64,000 bases of DNA, taken from positions 90,133 through 154,132 of the forward strand of contig NMRA01000129.1 of assembly GCA_002633005.1 (NCBI GenBank), read 5' to 3'. The position numbers and the translations under genes are program-made. Shown one piece after another: positions 1-12,100 of this stretch (position 1 is the first letter of the stretch; each line of letters starts with the position of its first letter). Below the pieces are notes generated by a model. That model did no database searches. It was not told where the DNA came from and saw only the letters and a list, made by a program, of their open reading frames with translations. Source of the DNA: Phoronis australis. Taxonomy: Eukaryota > Animalia > Phoronida.

Positions 1-719
1 TAATGCGCTAAATTGGACAAACAAAACTTTTCAAAAACACTTATAGAGGTAACTACATGTATAGGCCTACCCTTTGAATAGGTAAGCAGATTTATTTTCT
101 TTGCTTATTAAACGAATTAGGCTATGGAGTTATAGTACAGTTCACTTTGATTTGCAACCTTGTAAATCAATTGAATGTACTTTATTTATGTAGATGCCAT
201 ATTAATGTTGACTACTTATTATTTTGAAAAATGTGTGGGTTTTCTGCGTCAGTTTACCGAAGCTATTGGCAAAGGTTATCTGGGTAACCCGGCGAGGCCC
301 AAAAATCCTGGTTCTCATGTTTAAAACGTCCAACTCGGGGTATTTTAGGACACGTCGGCAGATAAAGCTGTCCAGATAAAGCTGCCTAGTCGAAGTGAAA
401 ACTTGAACCGGGAAAGGTCATCCAAATGGATTGAAACGTCCTGGAATCTGAAGTTTCCCTAGAGAACTTCTATGAATCCAAACGCGTGAAACTCAACGGA
501 AAACATTCCTGTCGGAGAGACTATGCATCTGAAAAGGATATATGTACTCTTACTCCCCCTTACGTCCCAAAAATTGACCCCTTCAGCCATTATTCCAGGG
601 TTTTAGGTCGTGCACCCGCGCTAAAACAGCATAAACTGTTGTTTTACTACATGGCCTCATTTTGAAACATGCAATTAAAAGTTATACGTAACGACTTCCT
701 AACACGGTCATTTTTTCAG

Positions 720-3700
720 GACACAATTCCCAAAGAAGCCCCCAAGAACGGCCGGTGCAGAGTCATCGTCCCGGACATTGGTGGCTTGCTACCCGTCTAC
801 GTTTACGATGACTACGAAGGCTACACAACCAAAACCATTTTCAACTGCACGGACGAAGAGATAGAGAATCACATTTCTATGACATCACGCGCCATACGCA
901 CCATGGTGAATCAGTGTGGCTGTGACAAAGTACTAGTCAACCACGCCTTGCTGTCTCCGGTAATAGCAAAGCGAGCCCTCGAGGGCACCAATATTCCCTT
1001 TGACGTAAAGATTCACGGAAGTGCCATGACTTTTATTGTTAAACCCTATCCTCAGTACAAGAAATACGCCGTCGAAGGGCTGCAAGCCTGCAATCGTATT
1101 ATAGCTGGCACGCGTCATGTAGTCGATCAGGTGAACGAAACCTTCGCTCAAGAACGTAATGCTCTTAAACTCGACCAGAGGTTGGTCATTGTTCCCCCTG
1201 GCATGGATCCATCTGTATTCACATTGTCAGCAGACGTGAACGCAAGCATTAAGGCGTTCTTGGAGGAAGCAAAACGACACATCTCTAAAGAAGACAACAA
1301 AGGCAGAAGAGCGAGCAAGATTGATTTGTCTGCAGTCGCAGAGAACATCAAGAGACCTGGCGTCAATGCACACAATGTTCTTGTGGATTTGGGCAAAACT
1401 TACAACCAAAGGGTGGTAGACTGCGACCTTCCTGAGCGTTTTTTCACAATGACTGAGAACGACCCGGTAGTGATTTATTTCGGAAAATTCCTCAACACCA
1501 AGGGCATTGCGGAAATACTTCTGCAATTTCCCTACGTGGTCTCAAAAATTCCAAATGTTCGATTCCTATTTGTTGGTTTCGGAACATTCCGTGAGCATCT
1601 AGAAATGATGGTTTACGCTCTAAAAACCGGTAAGTGATTGGACTATGTGTGATTGGTTGATCTTTAAGTCTGCATATTCCACATCTTTAGAAGCTACATA
1701 TAAACTCTCACGTGTTCAACCAAACCCACAGGGCTGAGACCTGGATTACTGTAGTACGTCAACCATGCAAGTGTTTCACTTGTAGAACGCTTTGTCGACT
1801 TTAGATGATCTACTCACCTCTAAATCAAAGTGTGCACTGTGTAAAATGGTGACTTTTGTTTTGTTTGTAATCTATATTTTCATATGTATATATATTCATT
1901 TATTATCGTGAAACATTCCTTCTTGTAAACGATAAAAAATTTCACAGGCTCAAATACATTCAAAAGACATAAAATCTACTTGGATATTACTCTCAACTTT
2001 AACCACGCATATTTCGGACAGATAACTACCCAAGGTATAATGATTTTGGTGTAAAGACTGATTGAAGTTACACTTCAGTAGACTTCTATTCAACATGATG
2101 CATGCATTTTATCATTTCTCAGTGTCTTCCAACTCCTCAAGGTGTCTGTAGTCGGCATTCCTATCGCTCATGTATGGTCTCCATTGACAACAACAGAGCT
2201 AACGTTCTGGCCTATGCATTAATTGGGCGTCTGACCGTCTAGTCGATTCGAACTAACCGACTTTTGTATACTAGTGAAACGTTCATTTCTAAGTGTGCAG
2301 TTTGTTCTTATATGTAAACGTCAATGAGTCCTCTTTCAGTAGCACTGCGGCGGAAACAACACGTTTTTCATCACTGCGTTCATGAATTAAGACAAAACCT
2401 TGATTTATAAGATATAGTGTGTAGAAAAATATTTAACCCAAATTGAACTTGGATATTTGAATTATTCAAATTACCGGCAACCCGCTTCACTCTTGAGCTG
2501 CTTTTACGCCTTCCAAAATGTCATGGAAACCAATCGTTGGACAACTTTTCACATTCACGTTGGTCACCCGCAGGCTCTGCTCGCACTTACTCGATGGAAG
2601 TGGGCAAATTGCGGTTAAGATTAAATACACTTGCACCTTAAAAAGCCAAACCCAGTTGCATGTTTCCCATTAATACACAGCGGCTTCTGATATCTACGTA
2701 ATCAAGTGTGTATATTTTGGTTATTGAAAAAGAAAAAAATCAGATATCTTGACTTCATAAGCAAATGTGCTTGTATCAATTGGTTGCTACGGTAAAAACC
2801 TTCCAGTTTGAACTTTGCAAAATTTGGGACACAGATATTCAAACAGAAAACGAATTTTCTTGATTCTATGCATTGGGACACGGTCGATTTTTGTGGTCCA
2901 TCATATTTCTCAAATTTCAGACAATTCATTTTGCATCAATAGCCTGAAAATAGATTTGGCAGTTCATGAAATTGACTGATTGAGAAATAGCTTCCAAGGC
3001 AACCTTCAGCTTTTCTTGCGTTCTAATAGTGAGTAATATCGAAGTGAACAAATAGTTTCTCGTTGTTGGTAATCCTTGAGTTTTGGACGACGAATATAGC
3101 ACTTGGTACAAGCTCTGACTTTGATCAAAATAATTAAACTTTCACTTCCCAAATTGGATTTTTTACCGTAATGTACTTTAAGTCAGGCCTTTGATACGAA
3201 TAAAGGTATATGTAATTTACAGTTGCTCCAGTCTGTAAAATGCCCTTAAAGCGGTTTAGCGAGTAAATTAATGCTGTAAGCTGAACTAAAATGTTACTCT
3301 AATTTTTAGGTGATGCCGAGTTGTTTGAAATAGCTGCTCATACTCCAGACGAGAACGGCAAACCTTTTTTGGAGTCGTCTGCTTCAATCAAGCCTTACTT
3401 CCGCAAAATCAGTAAGTACACGACTCTTGCTAGAATCGTCTGCTTCACAAAATGTTGTACTTCCTCAAAACCAGTAAGTACAAGACCTGTTCTGAAGAAC
3501 GATATTCGGAATTTTGCTTTCAATGTATACGATCACAATTACATGCATATGTCTCGCTACAAATGATTTATGTTCTATATCAAGATTGAAAGGTTGTACA
3601 GAATTTTGCAGGATGGGATGTATCTGGCTACATTTTGGCTAGGGGTGTAGCTGGACAATTAGGATACCCACCTATTTAGAGAGTGGACTCGAAATCGAAA

Positions 3701-5839
3701 AGTGATCCATTTGTCGAGAGTTTCCATGAAAGAAACACCGTTTATTTAGTAGAAGAGGCGGACTTAGGTGGGGCCAAGGGGGCCATGGTCCCCCTAAAAT
3801 TCTCCCACATTCCATTTGGCAGTTCGGGGGTGCGAATTATTGAGGGTAAAAATCCTGTGTAATACTCTGCCCTGGCCCTCCTAATTCAAAATCCTGGATC
3901 CGCTCCTGAGTAGGTCTTTATTCCGGAAGCACTACCCTTTAAGAGGTTACATGTAATTCCATACAGCTAGAATAGTAGGAATTCCTGGGCTGCTACCTTT
4001 TAAATCATTAAGCCAAAACAGTACAGACTGAGAGGCCATATGGTCAAATGGATACCTCTTTTTCAAGATTTAACTGTGTTGCCTGAATCCTTTGAAGAAT
4101 AGTGCACTCTTATATTCAATCCTTTCGTTCGGAATTAAGTAGGAAAAGGCGACCCTTGTTAGAGGAATTTGTTCGGAAAGGACATTCAACATTTCGGAGA
4201 GAAGTTGGTCGAGAAAATCTCGCCCGTCTGAGCGACACGTCCCGTATACTAAAGGAGTACACTCCGGAATGAATGCCTAGGTTTGAGCAGCTTGTCGAAA
4301 TCAAATAACAACCTGTTCATAAGCGCATCTAAGGCCTCGTGAAGGTTAATTCTTTCCGTCAGTTCATATACATGTACAGTATCTTTTGCTGATGTGGGTT
4401 ATATGCCTCACCAACACACAACTCCGGCTACTCAAACACCTCACCGGCAGCTAGATTCCCCCCAAATCATGTGAAAATATTATTCCAGCCGACGACGAGG
4501 CATCTCGCATAACAATCACGGGATGTCTTAATCACACGGAACTTGGCTTGTTGCTACCTGTGGCGAGTGTTTCTGTGGTCGCATCCAAAGCAAACGAAGC
4601 CTTCGGTATGGTGTCAGTCGAGGCTATGTCAGCTGGAGTATTTCCCCTATGTGTGTATCACTCTGGACTCATTGACGTGTTTGACCAACTCAAGAAGAAA
4701 GAACCGGAAGTTGAAAAGTTGATGCACATAGATACCGCTCCTGGTGGTGATTTTGGGGCGTCCAACGGAGCAGATTTCTTGAGAGTAAGTATGAGCTTCG
4801 CTTATACACATAGCACACTGCCGTGCATGGAGCTAAACTTGAGGTTATGCTACTGATTGATATGATCATAAAATGTGACTGCTTACGCATTATCTAGCTT
4901 GTTCGGTAGTTCTACAGTTTTATATGCCATTGTGACGTCACTCTATCATTCCTTACTCCTCCATTAAATGATTTTTACATGAAATGTCTTTATAAAAACA
5001 CATAATGGTTGTATGCTTACCCATGATCAATTTATGCAAGGTCTCTTGCTTTAAACTGTCAACTACTATTTTTAAAAGATAAAGACATCAAATGCGGCCG
5101 GGTTATGTTACTCTCAGGCATTTTCAGTCGAGTTTTCGGTGGCAAAGCTTTGATTGTTCCACTATACCCTTCCATCCCGTTCCAAAGTTGTAACGCGTTT
5201 CTTCGCTTAAACCTGCCAGAAACTCGTGTTCCGTCCAAGAAGCAAACTTTCGATCTATATCCTTTACCGCTATTAAAGTGGTCTCAACTTGTTCCTTACT
5301 CAGCTGAAAAGTGATTTCTGCCGGAGTTGGCAAAGAGCTGTCAGGAGGTTAGTCGTTGTGATGATACTCGGCCCATAGATGGAGCCAAATTTCGTGGCCG
5401 AGATCCTATCCAATTTGACTAAGGTACAGTCGGAGACCAGTTTCGTAACCCTATGTGGTCTAGATCAAAGTTGTTTCTTTTTTCATGACTGAAAGCAAAT
5501 TCATAACCGTTGTTAAAAACTTGGGATAAAAGTATCAAAATTTCCTACTATCTTTTACGAAGTGAAGTCTGAGAGAAAACCCTCATGGACGATTATTTAA
5601 GACCCAAGTAAAATTGCAACACCCCGAACAAAGTCTATACTCGCTTTCCATATCATTAATTGCAGGTATTTCCAGAGAGTCTTCTGAAAATTCTTCATTT
5701 CCTGAACCCGGATGGACAGAACTCCCACAAAAGTCCCACAAAGACAAAACTCCGATGGCTCATTTCTCAGAAACTTCGTGCCGTTGCGGAAGCCACGTGG
5801 TCCTGGGACGGCATATGCAAAACCATCATAGAGCTTTAA
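720..5839 (+). CDS. Glycosyltransferase family 4 (GT-B fold) protein, 5'-partial; exons 720-1629, 3310-3411, 4489-4784, 5666-5839 (493 aa in window)
   Basis: All junctions are GT-AG and phase-compatible (tttcag|GAC, ACCG|gtaagt, ttttag|GT, ATCA|gtaagt, ttccag|CC, AGA|gtaagt, ttgcag|GTA); 1482 nt ending in TAA. GT4 hallmarks: KIHGS, IVPPGMD, VIYFGKFLNTKG, FLFVGFG, the E-x7-E motif EAFGMVSVEAMSAG and C-terminal WSWDGI. The N-terminal exon(s) lie before position 1. Confidence 0.9.
3753..3908 (+). mobile_element. Short GC-rich MITE (GGCGGA...TCCGC ends); copy in opposite orientation at 22600-22757, probable partial copy at 13034-13069 next to the gap
   Basis: GGCGGACTTAG..GCCAAGGGGGCCATGG..CCCCTAAAATTCTCC..AAAATCCTGGATCCGC is shared by both full copies. 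Confidence 0.7.
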
Positions 5840-5854
5840 ATATTATACATGTAA

Positions 5855-5920
5855 ATATATGCATATATATATACATATATATATATACACACGCGTGCGC
5901 GCCCGCGTGCGCACGCACAT
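5855..5920 (+). repeat. Alternating purine-pyrimidine tract (AT)n(AC)n(GC)n in the GT4 3' UTR
   Basis: ATATATGCATATATATACATATAT...ACACACGCGTGCGCGC...GCACGCACAT. Confidence 0.85.
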
Positions 5921-6103
5921 TGGTGAAGCTTGCCGATGGCATAGAAATTCAGTAAAACTTACAACGCTTTTATAAAAATATTATGTGCTCACACATAGTG
6001 TATTCAAAAATAAAATATTGAAATAAAAATTAAAATCAATATATCATCAGGGACAAAACCTTCAGAAGTGACATATCATTGAATATAAAAGTGAATCGTG
6101 TTA

Positions 6104-9100
6104 TCACGGGCTCAGAGTTTCGAACTGCTCTACTGTCAAATCTATGTCGATTTTTAATGGCGCTGAATCATCGTTGTGGGAACCGGCATTTTCCTCTGCG
6201 CTGATATGAATAAGAAAATCTTGTTTGGCACCATAATCACCATCTACCCTGACGTCATCCTGTGAAGAGTCATGACACGCAGCTGACTTGACAGCACAGT
6301 TCTCGTCACTTTCTCCATTTAGCAACACAGGTCGCTCATCTAGCGGTTCTGAGCTGTCCCTTTTATCATTTTCAGTCACAAAGAAACCAACAGATTTTTG
6401 AGATTGTGTCGCACTAATTGGCTCTGACATCATATCCACCCTGTCTTCGTTGTCTACGTTTGTATCCATCTCCTTCAAACTTCCATTTGTCATACTAACA
6501 CCCATTGCATCGTTGTTTTCACAGTCATCTAAAACTTGCACTTCGTCTCGTATTCCACATGCATCAGGCTGAGGGCGACTTTCGATGGCAACTGCGCGAT
6601 CCTTATTCATACACGGACTTGGATTAGGTTCTTCACTAGGGCTCGTAGGGTGTCTTTCATCGGGAACGGTTTCTCCCACCAATGGGATACCTGTTAAAAT
6701 TTCATCATTGACTTCTGGTTGATAGTCGAACTTTTTGAATGGTGGTAGAACAGGCACGTTGGCGTTCTCTTCTTGTAATTTCGCCGAGACGTCTTTTACG
6801 GTCAATTTCGACGGCCCACCGGGAGCGTGATCTCCCTTAACAATACTTCTCTTTATAGTAGGGCTCCGAACGCCGCCTGGAAATACGGCCCCAGCTATGT
6901 TTAAAGTGGTGATAGGTTTAGGGGAGTTGCGGTAGAACGTCATGGACATGTATTTGGTGTCGCTTGCGAACGCTCCCGGAAAATTGCCTGAAACACGGAT
7001 AAAGACAGAATTACGTGAACGCATTGACAGCATAAATAAATTGAATGACGTATAGCCCGTAATTGAGCGCATGCGCTTAACTATGGAGTTGCGCCTAAAT
7101 GCGGAACTTAGGCGCATACGTCTGTATACGAGAAACTTGAGTAGAACTTGCGTTGATCACAGTGCTCTGGAAATAGGCTTAAAACTTTCTTAAAAATAAA
7201 GCTATGGGTTTTTAAACTGTACATTTTTATTATTCATTACCATTACTCTAATCTTGATATTTCACCCAGTGCAACACGTTGTGTGAAATAAAATGATTCG
7301 ACAATGTATTTTTCAAAAAATGGAGGAATTGGAGCACCGCAAGCGCCTATATGCGTGAAATTTGAGTAGAAAAATATTTAGTAATGGAAAAAATTGCATT
7401 TTCCGCATGTGCGGGTGATGTACATGTAGACTCATTACAAAATGTTAAGGGTGCGACACGAGGTTTGGACAAAATTAGAAATATTGTTAACACCGCACAT
7501 TATCTGAGATTTACCTTCAGCACGAATGTATGTACGTGTACGTATGTATTTATTCCCAATAGAGTTCTTTTACTGACTAAGTAACTGAAGAAAACAGAAA
7601 TGTCTACATGAATTGCAGGCTTCAGATAATTCGCCATTGTACGCAAGTAAACACTCATTCTTACACGCTCGTTGAAAAAATGAAAAATGTTCGTATCTTA
7701 GACACACTGAGAATGCCTTACGAAATGATATGCACTCGCAAAAAATAAAGGGGTATTAAACCTGCTATCCGTCGAAGAAACGAAATTTTGATTTAGATCA
7801 CCGCAAATTGATCTCAACTTGTTTCTCAGTCAAATGAGAAGAGGTTTTTGGTCTTTCAAGGAACTAACAATTTGCTTTTCCACCACACCCCGTTCGAGAA
7901 CAAAATGACACGTCGTAACAAGTCAATTCATAGAGCCTGGTCTCAAGCAATCGCGAACTGTCGGTTCCTTCCGAGTCCAAAAATCGCACACATTTATGAA
8001 CAAGTTGAGCCCACTTTCATAGCGGTGATTTGTCTAAATGACTTTTTAGAGGCGGAAGAGGTTTACACCCGCTTTAAATGAAAATAAATGGGTAACACAA
8101 ACCCTTTTAAACAAACGAAAACACAACCAAGGCAATTACCATGTCGGTTGACATCTTAATAGTGGTCCTACATGAAATGAATATGTCGTTAAAATATATC
8201 ACTGTCAGCATTAGAGTTACACAACTTAGCACACATGAGCATCTTGTAATATCAACGGTAGGGGGTGGCTTTTTACTGACCTCCGAAAAGTATGCATCCA
8301 CAAAAAGTGGCACGTATTTTTTCGTTAGTTTTACTTTAGGTTTTCTTTCCGAATAATACCCATTTTACATTTTTCTGCAACCAGATACGTTGCACGTAAA
8401 AAACATCACTTTCAACGAATTTAGTTCACACGCGTTGGTGATTTCGATGAAGTGGCGACGTCTCATTTTGCGCAGTGGTCTTCATAGGTAATTCATAAAG
8501 AACTCCAGTTTTAAAGCCATTCGCCATCTTCTTGATTTAAGCGACCGGTTCCTCCTATCCCCAGAGTGTTATGTCAAGGCACAAAAGAGGAAGGCCATCG
8601 TAAAGAACAATAAATATAGGGGGCTTTACTTTCAAGCTCGACTAATTTGGTCTGATCGTTAGAAATAGGATGACAGGTGCACCAAAAGGAGACACCCCCC
8701 CCCCACTGTCTTACACAAAGAAATCAGACGGATGACTATTGAAGGTATCAAGAGACAGGGGTGACGTTATGTAGCCCGGCAAGCTATTCCAATCTGCAAG
8801 AATTCCGAAATGATATCGCGAGAGGTGGCTCCCGAGAGAAGAGCGGCTACTGTTTGAGTTGGAAGGCTACGCGGCTAAAGATAAAGCACATCTGGCCGGA
8901 TGGGTATTTTAGTGTCTCCTACATGTATAATATATGGCCTTATCGGAAACATGGTGGGGTTTAACACTTAAATATGTGTGAGGATTTGTTCATTCTTTTT
9001 CCACATTGGACACCGCTGTTGACAACGCTGGTGATGTAGTTCCGTCGCTTACGGTTGATATCGATCGAACCGGCACTCTTAATTTAGCTACTGGTGTTCA

Positions 9101-12100
9101 AGGTATTGCGTTAGGGCTTTGAGTGGTCGTTCCTTTCCGTTTGGTTTAGAAGTGAAATGTCTGGGTACTGATTCATCGTATTAAACAGCAAACTGTAAAA
9201 ATGACTAAACCAACCTCTTGGTGTTCGCTGTGACCTTGAGCTAGCTTCACTGGGCTTCGTTTGGCGAGTTTGTTTTCGCTTTGGGCTGCACACAACCGAC
9301 TGTCGTGCGTTAGTAGAGTCTTCACTAGGGCTCACTTGGCCAGGGCTTAGCGTCTTTTCGCTGGAAGGCGATTTTCCAGAGCTTATGGTAGCGGGTGACA
9401 CCGTGTTGATGCCTGCATAAAGCAAAATAGGACTCCATTAACTTTGTGGACGAATATACACGCCATCATGATGAAATGACTCTTCACCAGTTAAAAGACA
9501 TTCATGTTTTGCATTTACCTTAATTCCTTGGTTATTTCTTTAACATGCTTTGTAAAAGTAGTCGCAAAAAACTTACCGCCAGCCCGTATGTCGTCGAAAT
9601 TAATTTCCGGTTCCGGAACTGGTTTTTGCAAGCTAAAACAATTAGCTGGGTTACTTCGTGAAACGTACGTTCCATATTTCGTCAGCGTCCGGGAGTCAAT
9701 GCAATGAGCCCTGTGAAATAAAAACAGCAGAAATGATGACCATAAAGCTCTGCATGTAAGTAACGACGATATTAAATCAATCAAAAAACGATTTAAAGTC
9801 AATCAATAAGACACAATGCTGGTGCAACCCACCGAAGTCAGCATTATGACGTTTGTGACATCGTCAGAGGGTAACCAGTGTGTATCGATTTAGCTAATAG
9901 CTGAGCAGTTCGTCTTATTTCTCGTTTTATATTTTCGGTAAACGTCATCACCCCCAACAGGTGCAATGTATAATACACATGTACGTGTACAGGTAGGACT
10001 ATGTACTGAAATCAGTGGAACGCCAGTCGATATGTTCAAGTCAGTGTAACGTTGCGGTCTCGCTGTTACAAGCTACAGACGCCTACCTGTTGTACCTAGC
10101 ACCTACAATAAATGCCCTGTAACTGTCGCCTCCTGTCGGCACTCTTCTTACCATTCTAAAAGAGAATGAAGACACGTGTACGAACATGGCTGGACGGGAT
10201 ATACAATCACCGTCGGTGATGTCATCAAACGGATCTTCCAGTTTCGGTTTCTTAGCATTTCTAGCATAAACCCCACATTTTAGGAAATATCCTATAATAC
10301 ATTAGAAAATGTCTCATGCACTCGAGAGACCACGACAGCATCTTCTGTTCTCAGTGCCAGTTAATTGTTTCCAGGTAACAAGTCAAAATCCCGCCTTACA
10401 AAATAGCCGACCATTGGCACTAAATTTTCTAACGCAGCTTAGATAGCCACGGTATCGACACAACATTGATGATCAATTGAAGGCCAGGGTGGTTCCGTAT
10501 CGAATCGACAAGTTGGAACTCGCATCTTTGCAGCCCTGATATGTTTACTATGCCACGCCTATCATATTGGCTGACCTACACGTACATGTAGTCAATAACG
10601 CCTAATCCATGGAGCAAATTAGACGTACTACTGTAGCGATTTTACATGAACAAGTTAAACTAGAAGTCAACTACATGTATAGAACGGAGTTAAACGCCCT
10701 TCCCTCAAAGACACTATTTTTCACTGCTTTTAACGGCTTCTTGTGGAGGTTAGAGGGATTTCTAAACTACATGTAATGGACAGAACGGGCAGTTCTGGCC
10801 ATGCTCGGACGGGCCAACATGGCTGAGTCATGTTACAGATCACAACGAGCTGTCAGTGCACTCAGGTATCATCTTTAACCTAAGTAAATCTAAGGGAAAA
10901 GATGCTACCCATTTTATGACGAGGAGTGCGGTCTATATTCCTATTCCCACCGTTAGGATGTTAGTGTGGGAAGGGACTCGATATCAGCGTTAATACTCAA
11001 ACGATGGCAGTAAACTTTCAATTTCGCGTTATTGATTACATGAATCGCACTTTTAGTAAAAACAAGCTCCTGTGCTCGCCCCTGAGTGCAAGTCTTACCC
11101 TGGAACTCCGGAATAGTTTCTTGCTGATAGAGGTCGCTGCTCACGCTCAGTTCCTAAAAGAGTAGCATAGAAAGCAGTGTATGACATGCAGATTAAAATA
11201 AAAGGAAGTTACAAATAAAATACGTTACAAAAACGGTTACATACATGTTACTTTATTTCGTTGCAGCGATCTCCTGTGCCGGCCCATTATTTTTATTCTC
11301 ATCATTTATAACAAAACAAGAAGGAACAAGGCTCTCGCAGCCACAACAAATACTAACTTTCTTGATCTGTCTGCCTTGATGGCGTCTGTCTTTTGGGTGG
11401 GGCTGAGTAACATCGCTGTCTGGCCCTTAGCAATCTGTGAACGAACGCCATAAAATTCGGTAACGAACGTGAATATCGATCTGCAATAGTTTGACGGTTA
11501 TCTCAATTCGACTGGGTCTTCAGGACATTATAAGACGACAAGATGGAATCGATAAATCTAATTAACTTATTCTTATAAGTAAGCATTATTAGTCGTTTTA
11601 CATATAGTTAAGTCCGTAGAGATATCGATCTTATCAACATTAGTTTTAAAAAGTTACTAAACCCCGTTTTGGGAGTCACCCACTATAATCGTTCTCTACG
11701 TCAGATTGCTAATGCACCACCGTTGCCTCCCACTGGAGTGACAAAAGCAAGTTTCAAATAAAAACTCATACTTTTTGTCACAGGTAGGACATTATGGTTC
11801 TCGGTGGGTGGTCGTTCCCTACAGTAGTCGACTGCGTAACTCGCTTAAAGCGTAGGTCACGCTTGCTGTTTAACAGACTTTTTGCTCGTAACATTTTAGA
11901 GTTGCCGAGGGTTACTGAGCATTATTTTGTTTCAGAAAATTAGATGGGAATGCCGTTTTAATGTCTGTAGCCCCAAATCGGGTTTGGTGCCCTTAAGGCG
12001 GTAAAGCTTAAAGCCCCCTTTGGATCTAGTCAAATTACCGGTTTCACCAAACCAGTCTCACTTTTCTCTCCACTCATATTTGATGTGATTTTGCGCTTTT

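Noticed and set aside
933-1526. Antisense ORFs over real exons (also 20586-20894, 31286-31726 and 41470-41838)
   Set aside because: Shadow frames of coding sequence with no recognisable motifs.
6988-7117. ORF-track N-terminal extensions (also 669-719, 21376-21397, 39600-39692 and 51944-52035)
   Set aside because: They are intronic read-through upstream of clear acceptor sites, not real starts.
11358-11451. ATG at 11451 as the start of a separate gene, with 12706-16701 as another gene
   Set aside because: The frame is open through the 11480 acceptor, and the exons 12710-12903 (donor GTAATG) and 11772-11818 link both halves in phase. One gene is more parsimonious, though not proven.
11901-11915. 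Perfect-looking X-box GTAACC-CTC-GGCAAC (- strand)
   Set aside because: It is intronic in the 10-exon model and lies in a dispersed repeat whose other copy (about 28930) lacks the motif.
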